DNA from: Histomonas meleagridis 2922-C6/04-290x
Taxonomy: Eukaryota; Protista; Parabasalia
Assembly: GCA_020184695.1 (NCBI GenBank)
Contig: JAANOX010000254.1
Location: 114,010 to 178,009 of the forward strand
Length of the DNA: 64,000 nucleotides
Reading direction: 5' to 3'
A program made the position numbers and the translations under genes. Shown here piece after piece: positions 1 to 13,400 of this stretch. Position 1 is the stretch's first letter; every line of letters begins with the position of its first letter. A model generated the notes under the pieces. That model was not told the DNA's origin and searched no databases. It saw only the letters and a program-made list of their open reading frames with translations.

Positions 1-494
1 ATTTCAGAATCGAGATCAAATGTTTGTGGCTTAAGTGTAAGTTTTTGAACTTTGTCAGTGTCCTTGTTAGGGAAGGTATAAACAGTAAGCGTTTTCTTGT
101 TTAAAGTAAATGCGACTTTAGTAAGATCTCCTGAGCATGAGATAAATGGTATTTCAGTTGTACCTTCAGTACTTATAGTAAGTTCATACATTGGTGAAAA
201 AAGAAGGGCATTACAAATTGTAAAAACATAGGAATCTTCTGATTTGCTGACAATGAGAATTTTTGAAGAATCTGATGAAACTTGAAGGAATAAAATTGGC
301 CCATTTGTTTCAAAATCGGATTGAATAATATCTGGTGGATCAATTGAAGCGAGAACGTGAATATGGCCATCATTGGTACCAAACATTACTTGACTGAAAT
401 CAGAAGAAACACAAGTAATTTCCATTGTCTGAAGCTCAGGTATTTCAGGTACATCTTTTTGTTGAAAGAAGTGATATGTTTTCCATGGTTGCAT
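1..494 (-). CDS. VPS11: Vps11-like (HOPS/CORVET) protein, N-terminal part; runs off the window's left edge
   Basis: Absent from the ORF track; translated by hand. Stop-free frame from ATG 494: MQPWKTYHFFQ...ITCVSSDFSQVMFGTNDGHIHVL. This resembles the Vps11 N-terminus (WRRFxFF...ITVCDSGRGSLVFGDMEGQIW). Confidence 0.6.
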   Translation of the reverse strand, partial: MQPWKTYHFFQQKDVPEIPELQTMEITCVSSDFSQVMFGTNDGHIHVLASIDPPDIIQSDFETNGPILFLQVSSDSSKILIVSKSEDSYVFTICNALLFSPMYELTISTEGTTEIPFISCSGDLTKVAFTLNKKTLTVYTFPNKDTDKVQKLTLKPQTFDLDSE

Positions 495-875
495 TTTTAG
501 ATGACGGTTGGAAAAAATGCTGTTTCAGGGTGCCCCGAAGACTTGATTTGAAGATTTTGATTCAGCTCAACCAAGCTTATTTCCGCGGAATGAGACGATT
601 AACAAAGCTGTTTTAAAACAACATTTTTGCACTAATAATTTTATTTGTTATAAAGAAAAAAATGATTAATTACATTGTTTGCAAGATAGGTATCATAGCA
701 AACAAAATAAACAAGTTAAATTAATGTTATTGTTTTATAGCAGAGAATAAAACATCTAAATAAACATATTGTGTATTTAAGTGTTTTGAAAAATTATTAA
801 AAATAAGCTTGCAAAATGAAGTTTAATCTTTAAAACCAACGTTCACCCACGGTGGGTGGATTAAGAAACATGGTT

Positions 876-1145
876 TCATGGAGCAAGAAAGATATGGAAA
901 AACTTTTCGTATGGAACAGGATTGTTATAATCAAAATCATACATTTCACTATCATCATCAGCAAGTCCTGATATAGAAATTGGTTTCACAAGAAATCCTT
1001 TTTCACTCACCTCGATTACACGGCAATCTAAAATCATACCATCATTTAGATTCATAAGAACATGCTTGCCTTCATAGCGTTTTCCTGCTTTCGCTTTTTC
1101 AGCATTGGTTTTTTCATTGCATGGCCAATCAAGTCTTTCTTCCAT
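876..1145 (-). CDS. Small hypothetical protein (89 aa), possible Sm-like/SH3-like beta-barrel
   Basis: ATG with TCAT/TCAC Inr-like motifs just upstream. The segment GKHVLMNLNDGMILDCRVIEV resembles an Sm1-type strand-turn-strand. Family not securely recognised. Confidence 0.45.
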   Translation of the reverse strand: MEERLDWPCNEKTNAEKAKAGKRYEGKHVLMNLNDGMILDCRVIEVSEKGFLVKPISISGLADDDSEMYDFDYNNPVPYEKFFHIFLAP

Positions 1146-2256
1146 CTTATTGTTTGTGAGATGACATTAATTTTTAGGGAAAAAATGCCAAATTTACCTT
1201 TTAGTCACTTTTTTGTTGTATTATTTCAAATTGTTTTTTGAAGGGTTTACTCGAATCGTAAAATTTTGTACGCTCATTTTTCTGAGGTTTACTTGGAAAG
1301 ATAGAAGATATTTTGGAAAAAATTCAAAATTTCTCGTTACATAATTTATTTCCAAGAACATAAAAATAATTTCCGGAAAAATATAGATATATTACTTTTC
1401 GAATATGATTATATATTGAGAATAACTGTTGTATAGGTAAAATAATGCTGGATCATTATTTATATAATATATAATTTTTTACCCAAAATTGCAGAAGGTG
1501 TTTTTGAATAAATGCTCAATAGATTTTTCTCATTTCAAAAGAATTTAGAAGGGCATTACATAAACTGGTGGAAAAAAATCGGCAGTATCGGTTCCACTTT
1601 TTGAACGTGATTCTATTGAAGCCGATCGAAAAGTGCTGCTAATTTTTTACAACCAGTTTATTCTAACTTTCATAAAAGTTTTATTGATTTTCATTTCACA
1701 ATCAGTTGTAAAAATTTGTTTGATTAATGTTCGAAGCAAAAATAATTATAAATCCAAATGATGCACTTCATCTCAATGAATAATAGAGTTTATAGGACAT
1801 TACATATATGATTTTATTCTCCTTTGTTTGAATATTTCTGGAATGCAAGCAAATTTTAAGATTTTTTTCATGGGGTTCGAAATTTCACTTTTTTTATCCA
1901 TATATATTTTTGAGCAATCATTTTATGTATATTTAACGGTTTCTTTATTAAACATGCTTTTTTCTCAAATCAATCATAATAACTGGGGTTACATGTGACT
2001 TTTTATAGTTAAAAGATTTGATTTTGATGACCCTCGTTTGAATGAACAATGTAATTGTTGTTTAATTCTTTCTTTCAGAATGGACATTCAAAAATATAAA
2101 TAACCTGAAAGAAATTATATTTTGACAGTAACCATTCAAATTATTGGCATTTTCATTCAAATTCTCTATGGTTTTTTACAATTGTAGAGTCATCTGAATT
2201 TAAATTCAGATGTTTGACCAAAAGCAATAATCATCTCCATGGGGTAATAATAAATT

Positions 2257-2979
2257 TTAAATCGCCCCAGGTTCGAAATCTTCATATGGAAAGCCAAAGG
2301 AGAGATCTTGATCACTTGGAAAGCAAAAGCCTTTGTTGGATTGATCAACATTTGAACAAGAAAACTCGGTAACGATGTCTTTCATCGCAGAGCTCAAATC
2401 AACAACTATATTTGGAATCGCAAACATACTTAAATTAGTCTCTAGTTCCTTTTTGTTTTTCTTCTTCAAATTTGAGTACCATCGATTTTTAATATTATTA
2501 GCTGAACGATGAGGGAAAAACTTTCCTATTTGGACCCATTTTTTACCCATTTCTCCAACACGTTTCATTAGTAGTTCATCTTCTTCTTGTACCCATGGGT
2601 ACTTTTTTATATTCGGTTGAAGGCATGAAACCCATCTTTCACGGCACTGTTTTCCTGTCCGACCTAAAGTGCTCGCAATCATACACCAATCTTTTTCCCC
2701 ATTTTCATGAACATGATTTCTTAATTTATCATCATCTTCTTTTGTCCATGTTCCCTTTTTTATTTCTGGATTAAGAACCTTTCGCCATCTTTCTGATATT
2801 TGCCTTGCGGTTTTATTGGGTAAAAACTTCTGTTGTTTTTCATTCCAATCCTTGAAATTTTTATCTTTACCAGACATTACTTCCATAAGGATTTCATCCT
2901 CTTGAGGTGTCCAATGCCTTGAGACATTCTTAAATGCTCTTACTCTTGATTTGCTTCTTTTCATGTGAACTGAATTCAT
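2257..2979 (-). CDS. Myb-like DNA-binding protein with three Myb repeats
   Basis: Repeats HWTPQEDEIL, KGTWTKEDDDKL..W..GRTGKQCRERW and PWVQEEDELL..W..RSANNIKNRWY. First ATG is at 2979; the track start 2988 is TTG. Confidence 0.95.
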   Translation of the reverse strand: MNSVHMKRSKSRVRAFKNVSRHWTPQEDEILMEVMSGKDKNFKDWNEKQQKFLPNKTARQISERWRKVLNPEIKKGTWTKEDDDKLRNHVHENGEKDWCMIASTLGRTGKQCRERWVSCLQPNIKKYPWVQEEDELLMKRVGEMGKKWVQIGKFFPHRSANNIKNRWYSNLKKKNKKELETNLSMFAIPNIVVDLSSAMKDIVTEFSCSNVDQSNKGFCFPSDQDLSFGFPYEDFEPGAI

Positions 2980-3845
2980 TCCTATCAAATTATCTAATAT
3001 GGCAAATCCTGTTCAATATATGTCAGTGATTTTTATCAATTCGATAAATATTTTGCAAAATTTGAACGTTTCATCATAATTTTTTTTAAAGGCAAAATTT
3101 GCCAAAATATTTATTGAACGTTTACGCTAGCCTCTTGTCGAGGGTGTGGTCTAATTCAAATATTAATATTTTCATATTCAGAATATTGATTAAAAATTTG
3201 GTCATTAGCAATTCCTTGCTGTTAAATTTATTATATTATTATGAATTCATAGGTTGAAAATGGTAACCTGATTTTTTTGTTGTTTAATAACGATACGGTT
3301 ATGTCTAAATATTGGCGTTTATTTTCTTAATACAACGATCATGACGGTTTCATATATTCAATTTTACGTATCGTAAATATAACCGTTGCACAGGATTATT
3401 TTCTGTAGATTAACGACCTTTTGTCAAAAGAAATAATCTGACCACAGATATAAACTGCATATAAAATGGAAATATATCAAAAATAACAGAATAATTTTTA
3501 ATATGATCTTAAATAAATATTTTACTTATATTGTATTTTAATATTTTATATTTTAATAAAATTTTCATTTAATGATTGCTCGGGAAACTAATTGAGAATA
3601 TTGAATTCCGATGGAATGGTCAGATTAAGATTTTTTGGCAAAATATAAATATCTATGGAAATTACATACAGATTAATCTGTCGATTTATGGAATATTTTT
3701 TAATCACATTTTTATTATGTTGTGTAATTCATAATTATGTCAACCATCTAATGATCATTTTTTAAAGTTTTATCCTTTTTTTTAAAGTTGTTAACAACTT
3801 TTAACTTAAAAAAAAAAACTCAACAGAATATAAATTATAAAAAAA

Positions 3846-3925
3846 TGGTTGTTGTGGGGTTCGAACCCACGCCCTTGCGGACACATACCTGAAACGTGCG
3901 CCTTAGACCACTCGGCCAAACAACC
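3846..3925 (-). tRNA. tRNA-Leu(CAG)
   Basis: Acceptor stem GGTTGTT/AACAACC, D-arm GCCGAGTGGTCTAAGGC, anticodon loop TT-CAG-GT, long variable arm, T-loop GGTTCGAACC, then TTTTT terminator. Confidence 0.95.
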
Positions 3926-4015
3926 TCGTGATATCTTTAATTTTTCATTTATCATAATTAATAATTCTAAAAATTCAATTAAGCCTTAATTCAAACCAAA
4001 TCTTAATAGAATTCT

Positions 4016-6751
4016 ATGATTACGGCTGAAACTTCGGATAAAATCATTGCGTTAATTAAAGGGGAAATTAGTGACGAAATTAATCAGCCAGATTCATATC
4101 TTCTTCAATTTCATACAATTGATTATTTGGAAACATTACTAGAAATTTTAACGACCAATGATATCCCATTTGAACTTATATATTTTGCATCAAGAGCCAT
4201 ATGTGATATCTGTGAAAAAAATTCGTCTGTTTTTATAGATAAATTTCATAATATTTTGCCAATTATCATTAGTATTCTTGCTAACAATTTTGCTAATATT
4301 CAAAATTATTTACCTGTTCAATTTCTTGCAAGAGCTTTTTCCGATATAATTTCAATTTATATAAATAATTCAATTTCATATCAACAATCAATGAATTATC
4401 TATACGAAGTATTAAGTCCAACTGATCCAAGCTATTTTGGTCTAGGAATCATAGTTTTAAGGGAATGCTTGAGAAAAAATGAGGAAACAGAAGAATTCAA
4501 ACGAGAACGATCAGATATATTCAATTACATAATGGGAGGGCTGCCCCAAACACAAAATTTCAATAGTCATTCAATTTTTCTAAGCCTAGAAATTTTACAA
4601 AATTTTTGCCTTGATTTTATTAACCTTAATTGTTTCGAACTATTTTTCATTATTGGCGCATCTACCACAACTTCACCTTCTGATAAGATTGCTTATGAAT
4701 TATGTTCACAAATAATTAAAAATAATTCAGGATTTAATGGATTACTTCATATTGTTACAAATCAAATTAATGCTGTTTCAAGTTTCTCAAACATTCATGC
4801 GTTCAACTTTTTTTGTGATTTTTATCATGAATTTTATTCACAACTTCCGAATTATATTCAATTACAAATTCAATCATTAATTTCCACAGTATTACAAAAG
4901 AATTTATTTTATTTTGTACCAAATTCAGTTATTAACATGTTAAAACTATTTAACATAAATAATGATTTATCATTTTTATATTTTAATTCTTTATTTGATG
5001 TTACTCATCTTAAAGAAATGAATGACGTTCTTAATTTAGAAACACTAGAAATCCCAAAATGTATTTCAATTCTTTCTTTTATGTTTAAATCAGATTTGTT
5101 TTCATCTTTAATAACAGAAACGAAAAACCGTTTAGAAACATATAAAAATGAATTTTATGAAGAACTTGCAAAGAAATCAGAAAGTTGTAATTTATATGAA
5201 CTTAAATTTGTAATAATCATTTTAGTTACAATTCAAATCATTAAAACACAAATTATTATTGAACCTGTTTCTCAAGGAAATGAATTTCTTCAATACTTAT
5301 TCCAAATCTCAATTGAAAGTCCTCAAATTCTTAATTTCAAACATGAACTTTCTCTTTATTCATTAGATTTTTCATTTTTTATTTTCTACAAATTTTTTAT
5401 CGATTTAAACGAAGAAATTCTTATTACGAAAATTGATCAAAACATATATTCAAATTATTTAAATTTAATTCTTACTAAAATTTCATATTATTTAGAGAAT
5501 TATGATGAAAACATATTAATAATTAATAAATCAACTGAATTATTATATTTGTTATTTAGTAAATCGATTGCAAAATATACTGATATTTCTATCATATTAA
5601 ATAAAAAATATGAATTCATTCAAAATCAATTACATTTTGATTCGGCTTTAAATTATTCTAAGGCTATTGGATTAATATTATTATCAAACAATGAATTACT
5701 TTATTTGTTTTTTAATCAATGGAATGAAACATTTAATTTGCTTAAAGAAAATTATGATTCGAATGTTCATAATTCACTTTTATTAAGTTTTTTATGCTTA
5801 TTTGAAACATGTAAAAATCGTAATGAATTTATGGAAATATTTAATTTCCTTTATCCAGAAAAATTAACTATTTTAACATTTAATTTTAATGAAGATATAA
5901 ATTTATTACTTTTATTATTCTTTATTTCTATTTTAAAACCAAATTATTTAAACTTTGGTCCATATTCAGATGATGGAATTAAACTTATTCATCTTGTTAT
6001 TCAATATTTGAATAAATTCTTGGTAAATTCGTTTTTTACATTCCCATTTAGTAATGTTCAATATTCATATTTTTTGTTATTTTTGGAAATCGTTTCGATT
6101 CTTTTGAGAGTCACTTTTTTCGATTTTCAAATTTTTGAAATTTTCGATGATAAAATTTATTTTGATTTTCTTACTTCATTTTTTAACTTATTTGGTAGTT
6201 TTCCAATTGCTAAGGTGTTTGAATCACAAGAAATAAAAACATTTTTTTATGATATTTTTTATTCATTAACAAAATTACACATGAAAATTCTGTTTTTTAA
6301 ATTTAAAGATTTCTTTTCACAAGTTCCACATTTAATTGAGGAATGTTTTTCTGATGGAAATACAATAAAAGTTATTCATAATTTAATTATATTCTTTTAT
6401 AGAAATCTTGGCAATGTTGAAGTTTATAAATATTATTTAGATAATTTGGAAGATATAAAGTTTAAGATATGGAAAGTTTTTGTTTTATTCATTCAAAAAC
6501 AAATTACAAACGTATCCATTGTTATGGATATTTTTTCATATTTTGCTTTAATGAATGATGAATTTGTCAATAAAATTAATTCTTTAATTGATTTGTTTCC
6601 AATTTTGGATCAATTTAATTATAAAAAGTTATGCATTGAATTGAATGGTGCAATAAAAAATAAAAATTTTGAAAAGGCAAAAAATGAATTCATTCAAATA
6701 TGTAAATATTTTTCTAGATTTCCACATACCTGTATGAAATTAATATATTAA
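4016..6751 (+). CDS. Large helical ARM/HEAT protein, divergent exportin-7/RanBP17-like
   Basis: 911-aa ORF. [51 protein letters not shown] aligns by eye with XPO7 [62 protein letters not shown] resembles FDVSSPNGILL. Confidence 0.6.
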   Translation: [911 protein letters not shown]

Positions 6752-7417
6752 TTATAATTTTTAAAAAAATTAATAAAATTGTTTTTACGTTAAAAAATTT
6801 TATATATTTTAAATTTTTTCAAATACATTCAGCTTTGTATAATACAAAAGTTAATTTTTATTCTTTAATTATATATATTTAATAAATCATGTATTAAACT
6901 CAATCACAATGTATGCGTTAGCGTTTGTGAGATTCCTTCATAGCATTAATTGGGTAATGATATCTTTCAGTGGTAAATAATTAAGTTCCGGGCTTCGTGC
7001 CATTTCTCCAAAGGTTCAGTAAATTTGTTATATTGTCCAGTATTATTTTATTAATTCCATTCTTTTTGAATCCATTTTAAAATAAGTTCACCAATATTTG
7101 GAACATCATTATTTGCAATAATATATTTTGTTTTACAGTCATAAAAATGAAAATTTATCTCTTTCTTTCTCAAAGATATTGCAATAGTATAATGTTTTTC
7201 TTTAATACCATAAATTATCAGTAGTTGCTTTCAAGTAATGGGAGATTTCCAGAAAGGTATGTTTATTAATCTTAATTTTTTTGAATAATTTGAAAAACGC
7301 CTCCTCTTGATTTAGAAACTAGATAGTTAGTTTATTAATAGATTATTAGATATATAACAGAAGAAGAGAATTAATTCACTGTTGCACAAGTGACCGTTTA
7401 TTCCAATTTTCTTGGCA

Positions 7418-10400
7418 ATGCCTAACGACAAAACAGAAAATCATCCATTAATAATGATTCTACAATTATTTGAAAAACAAGACCTCCTGCCTCTGGATGA
7501 TCCTGAAATGAAAGATATTCATCCATCAAATACTTTTCCTAAATTTCGAAAACGAGAAATAAATTCCATTGCCAGTAAAATTCAAACTTCGGAACGTACA
7601 GACACTGCCCTTCAAGATTTTATTCATAGATTTTCATTTAATCCATATTTACTTCAAAATTTCAATGAAAATGAAAAAATCATTCCCACATTAAAGGCCC
7701 AACTTTTTGTTTATGAAAACACACTATCATTTTTAAGTCATCCAAAAGATGAAACTTTTATTGATGACATTGAAGTTGTTCTTATTGCCTTAACAAAAAT
7801 AATTACCAAAAGTAACAAAAAACTTGTAGATTTTCTTTTTTTAGAGTGTGTTTCTGGCATAGTTAATTATGGCCTCTCATTTGTATCCACTAATATCATA
7901 AAATTAATATGTCAACATTTCCAAAATTATCATAAGACCGATCCTAAAATATATCCTACCTTATTAATGTTTCTAAAATATTCGTATTCCAAAGACACCA
8001 GTATTGCCCCACAAATTCTTCTTCTCATCCAAAATGTATTTGATTATACATGTGATGAAGAATTATTAGTATCATTATTTTCAGGTCGATTATTAATGTT
8101 TGAACCGGAATTATATAAAACCATTGCTATTATTTCACATACTAAGCTTACTGCCAATTTTTTCTTTTTGTATGAATCATTTTTCTTATTAATCAAAAAC
8201 GAAATTCTTTTAATAAAGCCGAAAGAAGTTGTATTAGAAAAGCCAACGAATTTACCATTTGCAAAATTTTCGGAATCGACGTATACTAATTCTAATGTTT
8301 TCCAATATAATGAGAAAATCATTGAATATTTAATACCTGAAACAGATCTTCAAATATCGAATTTATTACATCCACAAATATTAGACTTTTTACCTGTTTT
8401 AATATTAGGAATCGAAAATGCTAAAATCGAATACATTGATTATTTCTTAAATCGTTTTACGAAATTTTTAAGTGAACAATTTTCATTAAATATATTTTTA
8501 ATATATTTATATTTACATTCGAAACTTCAAAACGTTTCAATCTCGAAACAAATGTTTGAAACTATTATTCGATCGATTATATTTGAACCAACTATAACAT
8601 TATTTAATTGTACATTAACAAAACCAATGAATTTACTTCGGAAATCATCGATCAATTTAATATGTAAAAATGGATCACAATTTATACAACAATTACTTTC
8701 GGAGACATTAAAATTTCCTTTTTTGTTTTGTGAGATTTTAATGCGATTACAAAAGTCAATTCATTTAATTAATGATTTATCGATATTATATCGAGAACAA
8801 ATTTATCGAATCTTAATGATTGCTGATGGTAATATGAAAGTAATATATGAACGAATAGATAAAGAATATAAATCAATGGTAGTCTCATCAAGAACTAAAA
8901 TATTTAACTTTGTATTTACATTATTACAATATCAATCATTTCCTATATCGAATTTCGAATCTCCATTTTTTACTAATTCATTTTTATCTGCATTTTATGA
9001 ACAACAATTTAAAGATGCAATGTTTTCACAAATGAAAGAGATTTTAGTGAATTCAACAATGTTTGAATCGAATCCAGCAGTCGATTTCATATATACGACA
9101 ATCAAATTAATATATGCTGATAAAGGTGACTTATTTGGTTCATTATTGTTTTGTTTAAATGATGCAATTACTATGAATCCAGAATTAGCAACGATATCAA
9201 AAAAAGTTTTTTTAACATCAATAGAATTACAATTAAATACTAATAATGATAACACTTATTATTATGATAATATATTCTCAGGAATTTTAAGATTAGGAAT
9301 TAATATTATTATTAATGTTCCTGATTTTACTTTAGGTACAATTGGATTAATTAACTTAAATAAAATTATTAATCGTTTAGAATTAACAGAACAACTTAAA
9401 TCAAATTTAATTTGTTTTTTAGCCGCAAGATCTTCATTACAATATCCAGTTTCTTTTCTAATTCAAAGACCGGAATTTTTACTTTTAACAATTTCTTTGT
9501 TTTCAACACATGATAAAATTGAAGAATGTATCGACTTCATTGAAGAACTTGGGAACTTTTCGATATATAATTTAATACAATTACAAAATGGTGAAGTTGA
9601 TTTATTATTATTAGAAATGATTATTCATTTTCCAAACTCATTTAATTTCCATGGATTTGAATTCGATAATTTTAAAAATAAAACAGTTATTCTTAAAAAG
9701 GTTTTACCATTATTTACAATGATATCAACAACTCAAAGTTCACTTGTAGTAGCAGATAAATTAATGAAAATCATTTGTCCATATCAAAAGAACTCAACTT
9801 TAAATGAATTTAATGAAAATGGAATTGAAAATCGATCGAATTATATATTTAATGAATTATCATCAGAAGTATTAACATATTTATTACCATTTTTTTCAAA
9901 CATTGAAGAAAAACGTCGAATATTTTTCTCGTTTGCTTTAAATCAATGTTATATTGATGAAAGTATTACATTACCATTAGAAAAGTTAACACATGATGTA
10001 ACAATTTTTTTTTGGTTATATATCGATCGAACATTATCACAAAAGATTAATACTAAAGTAACTATTTTCTCTGTTAAAGATGGCTCTGATTTCTTCTTTG
10101 AGTTATATATTCAAGGTAATGCATTATTCTTAACATTAAGAAGAGAATATCAATATACAAGTTTTTTATTATGTGATGATATACCATTTGATCAATTTTG
10201 TTTAATTACATTTAGTTATTGTTTAGAAAACGCAATAATGGCATTGTTCTTACAAGTTAATGACTTCCAACCTCATACTACACGATTTAATATGGAAGTA
10301 TTTGATTCAAATAATGTAAAACTTTGTATTGGTAAAGAAAATGATTTAAAGTTCTCACGTGATGAATTAAAATCTTCTTATCAATTACGTTCTTTAGCTT

Positions 10401-13400
10401 TATATTTACGTTCATTTACTGAAGAAGAAATATCAAATATTTATCATAGTGATACACAATTTGAAATCCCTGGAAATATAGCTCCGATTTTATATCTGAA
10501 AAATATATCGAATTTAACTTCATTAAAATTAAACTTGTTCGAATTAATTAAAAGTCAATATCCAATATGGAACTTTTTGCCTGTTTTTTCATTTTTCGAT
10601 TTATGTTCATTAAATTATTGCGAATTATTAATTGATTCTATAAATCATATTTTCGGACATTCATTTATTGATTATTTTGAAATTTTACCATTTTTCTTGA
10701 AGCAAAATAATCAAAGTTATTTTAAGTATAGTTTATATACAAAGTTTTATACATTAACTGAATTGGCTCAAACAGAAGAAGAGATATATATAGTATTTGA
10801 TAACATTGTAGTAAACTTTGATTTATGGTATAAATCGCCACAATTTTTACGAATTATAAAACATTATAAAAATATAATATTCGAAAGTTATTTATCATAT
10901 GCATTAAAATCAAATTTCTTTATTAAACTTTTAAGTGCATTTGAGAAATATTTAATTGATGAAGAAGGTACACAATATTATCGTAATATAATTCGAATTT
11001 TTATTGATATAATAGTTAATCGAATCCAAAAACAATTTACTAAAGAAGAATTTACTTCTATTTTACAATATTTATATTATTGTCAAACAGAATCATTAAT
11101 TTCGAATTTAATTCCATTGTTTCCATTCTTTATATCAATATGTCCTTTTATTGAAGATCATATATTAATTATGTTTAATTCGAAATATATCCAAAATTCG
11201 AAGTATAGTTATGATTTATTACCATGTTTTAGAAACACAACATATTTACAACAATATTTACAAATATTAATACATAATGAACAAGAGAATTATGACTTTA
11301 CGAGTTTTATAGAACAATATGATAAATATCCCGAATTAATTTCATTAAACTTAAAACATGCAATTAAAAGTGATGAAATAATACAAGATAAATTATCAAA
11401 TATATTAGTCGAATATGCTGATAATAAAGAAATATTAAAAATAATACCAAAAGATAAGTTTTGGATGTTATGGCCAATTTTATTTGCTGCTCAAACTAAT
11501 GAAACTAATCAAATTAAAGTTTGTTATTATATTGTACAAATATATACTGAAAATTTAGATTTTTCTAATGATATTGATTCAACATTAAAAATGGTTGATA
11601 CGACTATGAATATCATTGATATTTTTAGGTTTTCGGAATTAAATATATTTTTCATTAAAGTATTTCTTGATCAATATTTATTACGTTTCCCTACAATTGA
11701 TAATAATTTATTATTACGATGTTTTAGAGCTATTTTTATTCGGACAAAATGTACTTCTGATTCATTAAGGAATTTAATGATAAATTCTGTTTATCCGTAT
11801 AAAGAAGAACCTAAAATTTCATATAATACTATTGAAGGTATTTCTACATTAATAAATGAAAGTCAAAACTTAAAACATTTGTTTATATTACAAAGAAAAG
11901 AATTCTTAACAAATTATGGATATTTAACTTTAAGAACAATTAAAAAATCGATTTCACCAAACCCTAATTTTAATAAATTCATATCAAAATGTGTAAATTA
12001 TGCGAAACATCCGAATAATGAATTACTTTTAGATATATTAAATGAAGATGAATTAAATCAATTTATTAAAGATTTAGATACACAAACATTAACAATGTCT
12101 AAAGAAATAATACAATATATATCAATTAATAAAATCAAAAAGATTATAGTAAACAACTTAAAAGAAGAATTAATACAACAAAATCATGAAAAAGAATTAA
12201 TACAAAAACGTGAATGGCATCATATCTTATTAAATTATATGAATCCTTGTACGTTTTGGAACTTTACTAATTATATATGGAAAAGTTCATTTTCGATTTC
12301 GAATTTATTTTCTTCATTTAAACTAAAACGTGGTATTAAATTTAATATACCGAAAATTCCTATACGTTATCAAATTCCTATTGATAAATTATATCATATC
12401 GAATGTCATCGTATTAAATTACCACAAAGAATTAAATGTCATTTTATAATATTACCGAAAAGTTTAACTATAGTATATTCATATCGAACACAAATTATTT
12501 CTACTGATTTAGTAAAACATATTTTAATTAGAAATCGTCATCAATTACCGAATTCAATCGAGTTCTATTTAATTGATGGACGAACTTTATTTTTGGAATT
12601 TAGTTCTCCAAATATTGTAACTGAAATCATTAAATATTTATCAATGTTAAAATTTAAACATATCGGATTCTTTCAAAAGGATTCGCAATATTCGAAATTC
12701 TTTTTGAAACTTCAAATTGTTGATAGTTATTTAAAAGGTATAATTTCGAATTTCTATTTTTTGTCTTTATTAAACTTATTAAGTGGTCGCTCATTTAATG
12801 ATAAAGATAATTATCCAATCATTCCATGGTTAGAACTTGAAGAAAAAAGAGATTTAAATGTACCTATAGGTATTAATAAGAATAAAAAGAATTCAATAAC
12901 ACCATCGAATTCGAAAATTATTTCGTTTTATTTCCCACGAGTTTTCCCTTATTCATTAAATAAAAGCTCAAATGATAAACTTCAATCGGCATTTGATTTC
13001 GATAAAATCATCGATTTAAATGCTGAAGCGAGTCCTGAATTTTATTCATTTCCTGAAATGTTTTTAAATTTAATTAATGATGAACAAATTAAAGATTTAA
13101 ATGTTTCTCCGAAATTTAAATCTGTTTATGAATATGTTTATTTAAATCGTAAAAATTTGGAATCGAATAATGAATTACATAAATGGATTAATATGTTCTT
13201 CGGTATTAATCAACATAATAATGACTTCTTTTTCATTGATAATAATATGTTTTCGGAATATTTGGAAAGAAATTCTACTTCCGAAAAAGCGAAAGAAATC
13301 GAAAAATTAATTTTGCAAAAAGGTTCAATTCCACCGCAAATATTTTATACTCCTTTTCCTGAGAAAAATCTTTTAGGTGTAATTAAGCCTAAATTACTTA

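Noticed and set aside
200-1560. Shared 14-mer agaagggcattaca near 202 and 1547
   Set aside because: A match of this length is expected by chance in 64 kb, and one copy is inside a CDS.
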